Shown: in pieces, positions 19,868 to 29,837 of the stretch
How positions within the stretch are numbered: the first letter of the stretch is position 1
Layout: each line of letters opens with the position of its first letter
DNA from: Spirochaetia bacterium
GTDB taxonomy: Bacteria > Spirochaetota > Spirochaetia > UBA9216
DNA length: 64,000 nucleotides
Direction of reading: 5' to 3'
Assembly: GCA_963675665.1 (NCBI GenBank)
Contig: OY776510.1
Coordinates: 1,984,001 to 2,048,000 of the forward strand
Program-made: the position numbers and the translations under genes
Notes under the pieces: model-generated
Told to the model about the DNA's origin: nothing
Databases searched by the model: none
The model's input: the letters and a program-made list of their open reading frames with translations, nothing else

Positions 19868-20715
19868 TGGTAGAAATGGAAGCAGTAGAACTGGAGCAGC
19901 TTCGGGAAAAAGCAAAAAAAATACGATTGCTCACAATCGAAGCTATTGGGAATCTCGGCGTGGGGCATGTCGGCGGTTCCATGTCGATTATTGAAGTGTT
20001 GACCGTACTTTATTACAGTCAGATGAATGTTGATCCGGGTAATCCCGGGATGCCCGGCAGGGATAAACTTGTCCTGTCCAAAGGTCATGCTGGGCCGGCC
20101 CTTTATGCAACCCTTGCAGAAAAAGGTTTTTTCCCTGTTGAATGGCTGGAAACCCTGAATCAGGGCGGAACGAATCTGCCCAGCCATTGCGACAAGAACA
20201 GAACCCCAGGCATTGATATGACAACCGGATCTCTGGGGCAGGGGCTTTCGGCTGCCGTTGGAATTGCTCTGGCGGACAGATTGAAAAAACATGATAATTA
20301 TATCTTTTGCATCGTAGGCGACGGCGAATCGGAAGAAGGTCAGGTGTGGGAAGCTGCAATGGCCGCTGCTCATTATGGTGTCGGTAAGCTGATTGCCTTT
20401 ACCGATTACAACAAAATGAATATTGACGGATATACGAGAGATATCATGAATCTTGATGATCTTGGTGCAAAATGGTCGGCTTTCAACTGGCATGTACAGA
20501 GGGTAAATGGTCACGAAATGGCGGAGATAAATGAGGCTGTAGAAAGGGCAAAGAAAATAACCGAGCGGCCTTCAATGATAATACTCGACACAATTAAAGG
20601 AAAGGGCTGTTCCTTTGCTGAAGGAAAACTCGGAAGTCATAATATGCCGGTCAGTCAGCAGCAAAAAAATGAAGCTATTGCAGCCCTGAATCAGGAGGTC
20701 TCCAGTGGAAGATAA
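19864..20715 (+). CDS. Transketolase, N-terminal (ThDP-binding) subunit
   Basis: GHVGGSMS, LSKGHAGPALY, TGSLGQG, GDGE..EG. Confidence 0.93.
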   Translation: MMVEMEAVELEQLREKAKKIRLLTIEAIGNLGVGHVGGSMSIIEVLTVLYYSQMNVDPGNPGMPGRDKLVLSKGHAGPALYATLAEKGFFPVEWLETLNQGGTNLPSHCDKNRTPGIDMTTGSLGQGLSAAVGIALADRLKKHDNYIFCIVGDGESEEGQVWEAAMAAAHYGVGKLIAFTDYNKMNIDGYTRDIMNLDDLGAKWSAFNWHVQRVNGHEMAEINEAVERAKKITERPSMIILDTIKGKGCSFAEGKLGSHNMPVSQQQKNEAIAALNQEVSSGR

Positions 20716-21652
20716 AGATATGCGGAATATTTACAGCGACACGCTTTGTGAGCTTGCATCGCAGAATGAAGATATTATTGTACTCGATGCCGATTTATCG
20801 GGAGCAAACGGGATTTCAGAATTCGGAAAGAAATTTCCTGAACGGCTGATAAATGTAGGTGTAGCCGAAGCTAATATGGTAGGTATTGCTTCAGGACTTT
20901 CCGCCGGAGGAATGATCCCGTTTGCTTCCAGTTTTGCCTGCTTTGCCGCAAGACGGGCATTTGATCAGTTTTTTATCTCATCAAATTACGCGAAATGTAA
21001 GATCAATCTTGTGGGTACAGACCCCGGAATATCAGCCCTTTATAACGGCGGAACTCATATGGCCTTTGAAGACATAGGTCTTATGAGAAGTGTTCCCGAA
21101 ATGATAGTTTTTGAACCCTCCGACATTGTTTCGTTGAAAGCCCTTGTAAAAGAAGCCGCTGAAGTGCCGGTTTCAACATACATGCGGCTTCACAGGAAGG
21201 GCACTAACAGGTTATATGATGAATCTGAAAAATTTGAATTCGGAAAAGGCAAGGTGCTGGCAGACGGCAGTGATATTGCCATTTTTGCTACCGGTTTTAT
21301 CCTCGTTAAGGAAGCTCTTGAAGCAGCCGCCTATCTGGAAAAGCACGGCATCAGTGCGGCCGTAATAGATATGATGACGGTTAAACCGATTGACGAGGAA
21401 CTGGTTCTAAAATATGCGGAAAAAACAGGAGCTGTTCTGACTTGTGAAAATCATCAGGTTTCCACAGGAATGGGTTCAGCCGTTGCAGCGCTTTTGTCAG
21501 AGAAATTTCCGGTACCGGTTTGTTTGCATGGAGTGAAAGACCAGTTCGGCGAAGTAGGTGATCTTGAATATTTAAAACAGAGATTCGGTTTTAATTCTGT
21601 AAAAATTATTGAATTGGCCCAAAAGCTTCTGTTGCGGAAAAAAACAGCATAA
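20705..21652 (+). CDS. Transketolase, C-terminal subunit
   Basis: NVGVAEANM, RRAFDQ, GGTHM, TVKPID, ENH. Confidence 0.93.
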   Translation: MEDKDMRNIYSDTLCELASQNEDIIVLDADLSGANGISEFGKKFPERLINVGVAEANMVGIASGLSAGGMIPFASSFACFAARRAFDQFFISSNYAKCKINLVGTDPGISALYNGGTHMAFEDIGLMRSVPEMIVFEPSDIVSLKALVKEAAEVPVSTYMRLHRKGTNRLYDESEKFEFGKGKVLADGSDIAIFATGFILVKEALEAAAYLEKHGISAAVIDMMTVKPIDEELVLKYAEKTGAVLTCENHQVSTGMGSAVAALLSEKFPVPVCLHGVKDQFGEVGDLEYLKQRFGFNSVKIIELAQKLLLRKKTA

Positions 21653-21666
21653 TAAGGGGACACTTA

Positions 21667-22422
21667 ATGAATCAGGAAATAAACCGGCTTTTTGATCTTG
21701 CAGGTAAATCGGCAATCGTTGTCGGAGGCGCTTCGGGCCTTGGAAAGGCAATGGCTGAAGCTCTTTCCGGAGCAGGGGCCGAAGTCCTTATCGCAGATTT
21801 AAATATTGAATCGGTTAAGGGATATGAAACTTTCCGGCTTGATATAAGAATACAGTCCGAGGTTGAAGCAATGGTTAAAAAAGCTGTAGAAATATTCGGA
21901 ATGATCGATATCCTTGTGGACAGTGCCGGGCTCTCAATTACCGGGATACCGATGATTGATTTTGATGAAAGCAAATGGAATAAAATAATTGATGTAAATA
22001 TGAAAGGAATGTTCTTTGTTAATCAGGCTGTCGCAAAACAGATGATTAAGCAGCAAAGCGGCAAAATCATCAATATTGCTTCAATGTCTTCAGTGATTAT
22101 TAACCAGAATCCCTATGGATCAAGCGGAGTTTACTGCACCTCCAAGGGGGGGGTGGTAAATCTGACGAAAGCTTTTGCATCGGACCTTGCCCCGTATAAT
22201 ATAACTGTCAATGCCATAAGTCCCGGATACATGCGAACGCCGCTGTCGGCTTCTTTCTGGGAGAACAAGGAAGACAGCGCTGAAAAATGTTCTAAAATAC
22301 CGCTCGGCAGACCCGGCGAGCCCGACGAACTGAAAGGTCTTATTGTTTATATGGCTTCAGATTCATCAAACTATATGACCGGATCGAATGTTATGATTGA
22401 CGGCGGGTATACAATCTGGTAG
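21667..22422 (+). CDS. Short-chain dehydrogenase/reductase (sugar/polyol type)
   Basis: GGASGLG, NIASMS, YCTSK, VNAISPG, DGGYT. Confidence 0.9.
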   Translation: MNQEINRLFDLAGKSAIVVGGASGLGKAMAEALSGAGAEVLIADLNIESVKGYETFRLDIRIQSEVEAMVKKAVEIFGMIDILVDSAGLSITGIPMIDFDESKWNKIIDVNMKGMFFVNQAVAKQMIKQQSGKIINIASMSSVIINQNPYGSSGVYCTSKGGVVNLTKAFASDLAPYNITVNAISPGYMRTPLSASFWENKEDSAEKCSKIPLGRPGEPDELKGLIVYMASDSSNYMTGSNVMIDGGYTIW

Positions 22423-22573
22423 CCGTGTTCCCGCGGCTGCCTTTAAGGGCAGTGAAAAATATAATGTGAAATTCTTCATTTTTATTTCTCCTTAAAAAGG
22501 TTATTATTAGGCTGTAGGAACCAAAAAAATAAGTTATACAGGATATGTTCTTATAAAAGCACTTGTTAAGGAG

Positions 22574-23476
22574 ATGAGTATGGAAAAAACCCTTGTAGTA
22601 ATGGCGGCCGGAATGGGATCCAGGTACGGCGGTTTGAAACAGCTGGATTCCATAGGCCCCTCAGGGGAAACAATAATAGATTATTCAATTTATGATGCCT
22701 GGAAATCAGGATTTACCAAAGTTATATTTATTATAAGAAAAGATATTGAGTCCGACTTCAGGAAAAAAATAGGGGATAAATATGCCGGGAAAATGGATGT
22801 CAGATATGTTTTCCAGGAACTTGATGATCTCCCTGATGGGTTTTTCCCGCCGTCCGGAAGAAGCAAGCCTTGGGGAACCGGTCATGCAATGCTTACTGCG
22901 GGGAAGGAGATAAATGATCCTTTTTTGATAATAAACGCGGATGATCTCTACGGCAGGGAAGGCTTCAGGGCTGCCGGAGAATATCTGGGATCAATGTCGC
23001 CTGAAAAGCCGGGCGCAGCGATGGTCGGATATTATCTTAAAAACACTCTTTCGGGCAACGGGACAGTGGCCCGCGGGGTATGTATGGCCGACGGGAACGA
23101 CTGCCTTACGCATGTTACCGAAGTTCAGGGAATATACCGGGATAAATCGGGGGAGATTCTTTCTGAAGGCGGGAAAAAACTGGATGATGAACGGATAGTG
23201 TCCATGAATATGTGGATGTTTTCTCCGGCCGTTCTGAGTTATGCCGAATCCCTTTTTACAGAATTCCTGAACAGCAATATGGACAATCCAAAATCCGAGT
23301 TTTTTATCCCAACTGTTGTTCAGAGCCTTATAACTGAACGTGATGCCCGTGTTCCTGTGCTGCGTACCGCCGCAAAATGGTATGGGGTAACTTACAGGGA
23401 GGATAAAGCAGAAGTTGTTGAAATGATTAAAAAAGCCGTAGACAACGGTACATATCCGGGCCGATTGTGGGAATGA
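22574..23476 (+). CDS. Sugar-phosphate nucleotidyltransferase
   Basis: MAAGMGSRYGGLKQ, KPWGTGHA, INADD. Confidence 0.88.
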   Translation: MSMEKTLVVMAAGMGSRYGGLKQLDSIGPSGETIIDYSIYDAWKSGFTKVIFIIRKDIESDFRKKIGDKYAGKMDVRYVFQELDDLPDGFFPPSGRSKPWGTGHAMLTAGKEINDPFLIINADDLYGREGFRAAGEYLGSMSPEKPGAAMVGYYLKNTLSGNGTVARGVCMADGNDCLTHVTEVQGIYRDKSGEILSEGGKKLDDERIVSMNMWMFSPAVLSYAESLFTEFLNSNMDNPKSEFFIPTVVQSLITERDARVPVLRTAAKWYGVTYREDKAEVVEMIKKAVDNGTYPGRLWE

Positions 23477-23553
23477 GTTCAGTATTTCCCGGATAAAGAT
23501 TTGATTTTTTTATGTTGACACCGGCAGCCTGTTGTAACACAATTGAAATTATG

Positions 23554-23573
23554 TTAATTATTTAAATATTTCA
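23554..23573. promoter_or_regulatory. Candidate operator upstream of nagB-PIG-L
   Basis: TTAATTATTTAAATATTTCA, a 16/20 match to the palindrome at 26628. Confidence 0.5.
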
Positions 23574-23590
23574 ATTGCCGGAGCATAATA

Positions 23591-25537
23591 ATGACTATTG
23601 GTTTGGTTCATAAAATGAAAGAACCGCTTAAGATATCCGGAACCGGGCCTGAACGTATTAAAACGTCCGTTTATCCCGACTGCGATCAGGCGGCCAGGGA
23701 GCTGGCTTTACTGGTAGTGGAGAAGATTGCAAAGAGGGCGGCAGAAGGAAAAGAACTTGTTCTGTGTCTGCCTACAGGTTTGACGCCCATTCCTTTTTAC
23801 AGGGAAATGATCAGTCTTCACCGTAAAGAGGGGCTTTCATTAAAAAATGTGAAGGTTTTTGTCCTTGATGAATATTATCCTGTGGATCCCGGTTCGCCTC
23901 ATTCCTACAATGCCCTGTTGAGGAGGGAGTTTTTATCCCGGGTTGATATTCCGGAAGAAAATATATACTTCCTTAAAGGAGATATCCCGGAAGAAAGTCT
24001 TTATGATTACTGTGCCGAATATGAAAGGCTCATTGAAAACGCGGGTGGAATTGATATTCAGCTTCTGGGAGTGGGGAAGTCGGGCCATATAGGTTTTAAC
24101 GAACCCGGTTCGCCTACTACTACAAACACAAGGGCAGTAACTCTTGATAAACTGACCAGAATTGATGCTGCGGAAGAATTTCTGGGACTGGAAAATGTGC
24201 CTTCCAAGGCGCTTACGCTTGGAATTGGTACTATCATGAAGGCCCGGAAAGTCTACCTTATGGCCTGGGGCAGCGCCAAATCAGGAATTGTAAAAGAAAG
24301 TCTGGAGGGCGAGGTTTCAACAAAGGTACCGCCTACAGTGCTGCAGCACCACTCCAATGCCGAGTTTTTTCTGGACCAGGAAGCAGCTTCGGAACTTACC
24401 CGTTTTAATACGCCATGGCTTGTAGGTTCCTGTAAGTGGAATGACAGGCTTATAAGAAAAGCGGTTGTCTGGCTGTGTCTCCGTGTCGGGAAACCTGTGC
24501 TGAAACTCACCGACAAACACTATTCGGATAACGGGCTTGGCGAGCTGATCACCAAGCATGGCCCGTCTGGACGGATAAATATCAAGGTTTTTAACGATCT
24601 GCAGCATACTATTTCCGGGTGGCCGGGAGGAAAACCGGAGGTGGATGATACATTCAGGCCCGAAAGAAAAGCACCGTATCCCAAGAGGTGCGTGGTTTTC
24701 AGCCCCCATCCCGACGATGATGTAATTTCCATGGGAGGGACGCTGTCGAGACTGGTAGAACAAAAACATGAAGTGCATGTGGCCTACCAGACTTCAGGAA
24801 GCGTAGCCGTAGCCGATGAGTATATTCTTAAATACTTTCATTTTATGGAAAATTATGAACGTCTTTTCTATCCTTTATCTGAAAAAACCGGTAAAATAAA
24901 CAGGGAAATTGAAGAGTTTTTGCGGAACAGAAAACCGGATGAAATTGAAAGCAGCGAAATCAGAAAGCTGAAAGGTCTTGTCCGAAGGGGAGAAGCCGTG
25001 GCTGCCTGCGGTTATTTCGGAATACCCGAAGAGAGGCTCCATTTTCTGGACCTTCCGTTCTATGAGACCGGTCTGGCGGAAAAACTGCCTGCGGGTAAAG
25101 AAGATGTAGATATAGTCGTTAACATTCTTGAAGAGATAAAACCGCATCAGATTTTTGCCGCAGGCGATTTGGTTGACCCTCACGGGACCCACAAGGTCTG
25201 TATAGGAGTTGTTCTGGAGGCTTTATCGGTTCTCAAAAAAAGGAATACAGCATGGCTTAAAGACTGCTGGGTCTGGCTGTACAGAGGCGCCTGGCAGGAT
25301 TGGGAACTTGACAAGGTTGATATGGCTGTGCCTGTAAGCCCTGATGAATTGTCTGCAAAAACAAGGGCCATACTCAAGCACACCAGCCAGAAAGACGGTG
25401 CTCTTTTTATGGGAGAAGACAGCAGGGAATTCTGGCAGCGCGCAGAAGAAAGAAACCGCGCCACAGCCGGTTTGTACGACAGCCTGGGGATGGCCGAATA
25501 TGAAGCCATGGAATTATTTGTAAGGTATATTTTTTAG
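23591..25537 (+). CDS. nagB: Glucosamine-6-phosphate deaminase fused to PIG-L/LmbE deacetylase (NagB-II type)
   Basis: LPTG.TP, LDEY, GHIGFNEPGS; C-terminal SPHPDDDVI and DPHGTH. Confidence 0.9.
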   Translation: MTIGLVHKMKEPLKISGTGPERIKTSVYPDCDQAARELALLVVEKIAKRAAEGKELVLCLPTGLTPIPFYREMISLHRKEGLSLKNVKVFVLDEYYPVDPGSPHSYNALLRREFLSRVDIPEENIYFLKGDIPEESLYDYCAEYERLIENAGGIDIQLLGVGKSGHIGFNEPGSPTTTNTRAVTLDKLTRIDAAEEFLGLENVPSKALTLGIGTIMKARKVYLMAWGSAKSGIVKESLEGEVSTKVPPTVLQHHSNAEFFLDQEAASELTRFNTPWLVGSCKWNDRLIRKAVVWLCLRVGKPVLKLTDKHYSDNGLGELITKHGPSGRINIKVFNDLQHTISGWPGGKPEVDDTFRPERKAPYPKRCVVFSPHPDDDVISMGGTLSRLVEQKHEVHVAYQTSGSVAVADEYILKYFHFMENYERLFYPLSEKTGKINREIEEFLRNRKPDEIESSEIRKLKGLVRRGEAVAACGYFGIPEERLHFLDLPFYETGLAEKLPAGKEDVDIVVNILEEIKPHQIFAAGDLVDPHGTHKVCIGVVLEALSVLKKRNTAWLKDCWVWLYRGAWQDWELDKVDMAVPVSPDELSAKTRAILKHTSQKDGALFMGEDSREFWQRAEERNRATAGLYDSLGMAEYEAMELFVRYIF

Positions 25538-25552
25538 AACAAGGAAGCAACA

Positions 25553-26575
25553 ATGGGAATGAAAATTGACCGGGAAAATCCTCTGCCACTTCAAAGGCAG
25601 CTGTACCTTGCATTGAAGGACTGGTTTATTTCGGATTTTTCTTCAGATGATATTCTTCCTTCCGAAATGGCCATATCCAAACAATTCGAAATATCTCAGG
25701 GTACCGTGAGAATAGCTCTCGATCTGCTGGTAAAAGAGGGTCTTATTGTCCGGACCCCGGGGAAGGGAACATTTTTAAACCCGGACTATAAGATTAAACT
25801 TACCAAATATAATCTGGGGGTAATTCTATCCGACGCTGATTTCTTCAGCAACTCCATCTGGGAACATGATGCCATGCACTATCTGGAAGTGATTAACGGC
25901 ATAGTAGGCTCCAATCTTTCTTATAATGTAACAACAGAATTTATTTCCGAAGATTTTTATACGGAAGAACTTGATAAAACCTATGACGGGTATATTCTGT
26001 GGCCTTTTATCCAGGATTCCGTAAGAAGATCACTGAAGCAGCCTTTTGTTGAACTGAAGAACAGCATTGATATTGAGGACGGTTTCAGAAAAATTGCAAA
26101 ACACATTGTTTCAAAAAAATATAAAAAAGCTGGATATATAGGATTTACATCTCTCGATCGTCTGAAAACCGTAAACAGTATTCTTAAAGATTCCATAATC
26201 GGTCCGATTTCGGACAGCCAGTATGTGGAATGCGGAGGAAGTTCCGATGAAGCGTACAGGTCCTGTATAAAACTCCTCCAGATAAATCCCGACACAGACT
26301 GTATAATCTGCTCAACCGACATGCGGGCACATGGTGTTTTAAAATACCTGGAAAGTATTGGAAAGCAGGTCCCTGAGGATATAGCAGTGTACGGTTTTGA
26401 CGGCACAAGGAATAACCGCAGGATCACCCCCTCTATTACTACCGTAATTTTTGAATGGAAAAGCCTCGGGGCTTTTGCCGTGAAACAGCTTCGAAATATT
26501 CTTGACGGTGTAGAAACAGAGGAATTCAAACCTGCCAGGGGAACTCTCGTACTCCAGGACAGCACTTTCCGCTAG
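25553..26575 (+). CDS. GntR-HTH / LacI-type effector domain regulator
   Basis: LPSEMAISKQFEISQGTVRIAL..PGKGTF; C-terminal VPEDIAVYGFDG..PSITT. Confidence 0.88.
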   Translation: MGMKIDRENPLPLQRQLYLALKDWFISDFSSDDILPSEMAISKQFEISQGTVRIALDLLVKEGLIVRTPGKGTFLNPDYKIKLTKYNLGVILSDADFFSNSIWEHDAMHYLEVINGIVGSNLSYNVTTEFISEDFYTEELDKTYDGYILWPFIQDSVRRSLKQPFVELKNSIDIEDGFRKIAKHIVSKKYKKAGYIGFTSLDRLKTVNSILKDSIIGPISDSQYVECGGSSDEAYRSCIKLLQINPDTDCIICSTDMRAHGVLKYLESIGKQVPEDIAVYGFDGTRNNRRITPSITTVIFEWKSLGAFAVKQLRNILDGVETEEFKPARGTLVLQDSTFR

Positions 26576-26627
26576 GACTGCAATTTTTGTCGGGAATAAA
26601 ATTCTGTTTTTTTTTGCATTAAAATAT

Positions 26628-26647
26628 GTAAATATTTAAATATTTAC
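26628..26647. promoter_or_regulatory. Perfect 20-bp palindromic operator
   Basis: GTAAATATTTAAATATTTAC upstream of the ABC binding-protein gene. Confidence 0.6.
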
Positions 26648-26707
26648 TTGACTTATTGACCGATCAAGACAAATAATAAAACAATCAATCTGAAAGGAGT
26701 TGTATTA

Positions 26708-28042
26708 ATGAAGAGATTAATTTTCGTTAGAGCCATTGTCGCTCTGTGTCTCCTGGCAGCTGTGGTTCTTCCTCTTTCGGCCTCCGGTGCCCAGGAAGAA
26801 GCCTCCACCGCCGGTGAAGAAGTTACAATCCAGTACTGGTCATGGGACCCCGAGTCCAAGGACAAAAATGAAGCCCTTATTGCCGATTTCGAGGCGGCTA
26901 ATCCGGGCATTAAGGTTGAATTGACTACCCTGGAACCCAGTGAGTACTGGACAAAAATCCGGATAATGGCAAATCAGAAAAAGCTTCCGGATGTTTTCAA
27001 CCTTAGTTCCGGTTATGTGGAAGAGTGGGCCAAGAACGATCTTCTTTACAATCTTGATGATCTTGTAAAGACAGAGCTGGATCACAATGCTTATTATATG
27101 AGTCTTTTTGACGCCGGCAGAGATGTAGCCGGAAGGGGAAGCTATTACGCTGTTCCCTATGCCCTTGTTACAACAAACCTGTTTTATAATATGGACATGT
27201 TTGATGAAGCGGGAATTGCTTATCCGGATGAAAACTGGACATGGGCGGATTTCCGGGCCGCGGCTAAAAAACTGACAAAAGACAAAAACGGCGACGGAAT
27301 TACCGATCAGTGGGGTTACTGGTTCTACGGACGCTATGCCCATGTTGAGTCCTGGGTTTATTCCAACAACGGTCGTCTTATTGACAGATCAAACAATACC
27401 TATGCGCCGGATGCAGCCGCCATGGAAGCACTGAAATTCCTTACAGATCTGGTTCTTGTAGACAAGGTTGCTCCGCCCAAAAAGGAAATGAGCGCATTCC
27501 GCCAGCAGGATGTTTTTCCACAGGAAGCAGCCGCCATGTTTGTTGACGGATCATGGAACATAGATAACAACAGAATAGTTGCTGATCCCGGTATGCGTTG
27601 GGGTATCGCTGAAATCCCCGTCGGACCCAAAGGCGACGGAACCATTACCTACGGATGGCCTGATTATCTGGCAATGTCTCCTACAACCAGGAATGCCGAT
27701 GCAGCATGGAAATTCACAAAATACCTTTCAGGTGAAGGTTTGACTATTGATATGTATATGCCGGGCAAGATACCCTCCTATAAAGCCCTTACCGAAAGCG
27801 AAGCATTTCTTGACAAGGGCATGATGCCTCCGAATAAGGATATTCTTATTAAACAGGCCGGCGAGACAATGCGGACTTCATTTACCCTCGGATGGGGTGA
27901 ATGGCGCGGTTACGGTGCCTCTGAAACCCTCGGTTTTAACGGAATAGTAGACGGAATTATCGACGGGGAATTTTCCTTTGAAAAAGGAATGGAAACAGCC
28001 CTGAAGAATGTAAACACAGTATTGGATCGGTATTACCGATAA
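26708..28042 (+). CDS. CUT1 carbohydrate ABC substrate-binding protein
   Basis: Leader LSASGAQEE; FEAANPGIKV, LFYNMDMFDEAGI, WTWADF; DxNGDG loop. Confidence 0.9.
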   Translation: MKRLIFVRAIVALCLLAAVVLPLSASGAQEEASTAGEEVTIQYWSWDPESKDKNEALIADFEAANPGIKVELTTLEPSEYWTKIRIMANQKKLPDVFNLSSGYVEEWAKNDLLYNLDDLVKTELDHNAYYMSLFDAGRDVAGRGSYYAVPYALVTTNLFYNMDMFDEAGIAYPDENWTWADFRAAAKKLTKDKNGDGITDQWGYWFYGRYAHVESWVYSNNGRLIDRSNNTYAPDAAAMEALKFLTDLVLVDKVAPPKKEMSAFRQQDVFPQEAAAMFVDGSWNIDNNRIVADPGMRWGIAEIPVGPKGDGTITYGWPDYLAMSPTTRNADAAWKFTKYLSGEGLTIDMYMPGKIPSYKALTESEAFLDKGMMPPNKDILIKQAGETMRTSFTLGWGEWRGYGASETLGFNGIVDGIIDGEFSFEKGMETALKNVNTVLDRYYR

Positions 28043-28051
28043 ACCATTTTT

Positions 28052-28081
28052 CCGGCGGGAAGCGGTTCCCGCCGGTTTTTT
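28052..28081 (+). terminator. Intercistronic hairpin/terminator after SBP
   Basis: CCGGCGGGAA-GCGG-TTCCCGCCGG followed by a T-run. Confidence 0.7.
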
Positions 28082-28091
28082 GAGGAATGTT

Positions 28092-28976
28092 ATGGGAAAA
28101 AAGCTTAGCTGGTACCGCAGAATAGACCCCTGGATATTATTGGTACCCACAGTGTTGGGGCTGTTTATCTTCCGGCTCGGACCTATTCTGGCTTCTCTTG
28201 GTTTAAGTTTCACCGACTGGGATATAATAAAAGCTCCAAAGTTTATTTTTCTTGATAATTACAGGGAACTTTTTACGAACCCGGCTTTTGTGAAAGTTTT
28301 GATGAATACCCTTCTTTTCGCTCTTATCTATGTAGTCGGGGTTACCGTGATCGGTCTGTTTCTTGCTGCCCTGTTGAATCGCAAGATCGGCGGGATCGGG
28401 TTTTTCCGTTCGGCATTTTACACGCCTGTAGTTACATCCGCGGTGGCAGTGGGTATCGTCTGGTCATGGATATTAAGTCCCAATTATGGAATTCTCAACA
28501 TTCTGCTTTTAAAATTAGGCATAACACCTCCCTACTGGGTGGGAGATAAAGCCTGGGCCCTTCCAACTGTTGCCTTTGTTCAGGTATGGAAGATGGCCGG
28601 ATATTATATGATTATTTTTCTTTCAGGACTTCAGAATATACCCAAATCCCTGAAAGAAGCGGCATATATAGACGGAGCGAGACCTCTGCAGTCGTTTTTC
28701 AGGATTACTCTTCCGTTGCTGTCGCCGACTACTTTTTTTGTTGTCAGTATTGCTATTATCGATTCTTTCAAGAACTTCGAGCTGATTTACGCCATGACCC
28801 AGGGAGGGCCCCAGAACGCCACCAATACCCTGGTTTATGACGTATATCTGAATGCTTTTGTTTACTACAGAATGGGTTACGCTTCAACCGTTGCCTGGGT
28901 GCTGATGCTCCTGGTTGCCGGGTTTACCGCTCTGAATTTCGCCCTCAAGAAACGTTGGGTTAATTATCAGTATTAA
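28092..28976 (+). CDS. CUT1 ABC permease
   Basis: EAA motif LKEAAYIDGA; TQGGP. Confidence 0.92.
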   Translation: MGKKLSWYRRIDPWILLVPTVLGLFIFRLGPILASLGLSFTDWDIIKAPKFIFLDNYRELFTNPAFVKVLMNTLLFALIYVVGVTVIGLFLAALLNRKIGGIGFFRSAFYTPVVTSAVAVGIVWSWILSPNYGILNILLLKLGITPPYWVGDKAWALPTVAFVQVWKMAGYYMIIFLSGLQNIPKSLKEAAYIDGARPLQSFFRITLPLLSPTTFFVVSIAIIDSFKNFELIYAMTQGGPQNATNTLVYDVYLNAFVYYRMGYASTVAWVLMLLVAGFTALNFALKKRWVNYQY

Positions 28977-28985
28977 GGGGAAGGC

Positions 28986-29819
28986 ATGAGAAAAGTAGGT
29001 GTTGCAATTATTTATATATTTCTTGGACTGTCCGCTGTTTTTACGCTTTTTCCTTTTCTCTGGATGGTTGGAAACTCTTTCAACACAGAAGGAAATATTT
29101 TCAAGATACCGCCGGATCTGATTCCGGACCTTCTTTTTACCGGCAGGATGTTTGAGAATTACACCAGGGTAATCGGGGAATTCAATTTCGGACGGTATAC
29201 AATTAACTCGTTTATTGTTGCCGGAGCATCTGCCCTCGGGCAGCTGGCAACATGCTCCATGGCGGGATTTACCATTGCATTGATGCGCTTCAGGGGAAGG
29301 AACCTGATCTTTATCCTGCTTCTGGCGTCCATGATGGTCCCTATTCAGGTTACGATCATACCGGAGTTTTTTTTGATGATGAAACTTGACTGGCTTGATT
29401 CATTTTTACCGCTTATAGTTCCCTCCCTGCTTGTGGGTACGTTCGGTACATTCATGTTCAAGGAGCATTACGAGAACATCCCCCGTTCCCTTCTGGAGGC
29501 CAGTGCGATTGACGGCGCCGGTGCCTTTACGATTTTTTTAAGGATTTATCTTCCCCAGAGCCAGAGTCAGGCTGCCACTCTGCTGATCATTGCTTTTATG
29601 AACAACTGGAACGATCTGCTGCGGCCGATTCTTTATATTTCCAACGAGAACCTGCAGACGGTAACCATGGCCCTTACCCAGTTTCAGTCCCAGTATACGG
29701 CGAAGTGGAACTTGCTGCTGACCGGCGGTGTCCTGTCGATCATACCTCTTCTGGCGCTTTATATATTCCTTCAGAGGTATATTATCGAGGGGGTTGCCGG
29801 AACAGGAACCAAGGGATAA
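28986..29819 (+). CDS. CUT1 ABC permease
   Basis: LLEASAIDGA; NNWNDLLRP. Confidence 0.92.
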   Translation: MRKVGVAIIYIFLGLSAVFTLFPFLWMVGNSFNTEGNIFKIPPDLIPDLLFTGRMFENYTRVIGEFNFGRYTINSFIVAGASALGQLATCSMAGFTIALMRFRGRNLIFILLLASMMVPIQVTIIPEFFLMMKLDWLDSFLPLIVPSLLVGTFGTFMFKEHYENIPRSLLEASAIDGAGAFTIFLRIYLPQSQSQAATLLIIAFMNNWNDLLRPILYISNENLQTVTMALTQFQSQYTAKWNLLLTGGVLSIIPLLALYIFLQRYIIEGVAGTGTKG

Positions 29820-29837
29820 CTCCAAACAGGGAAAATT

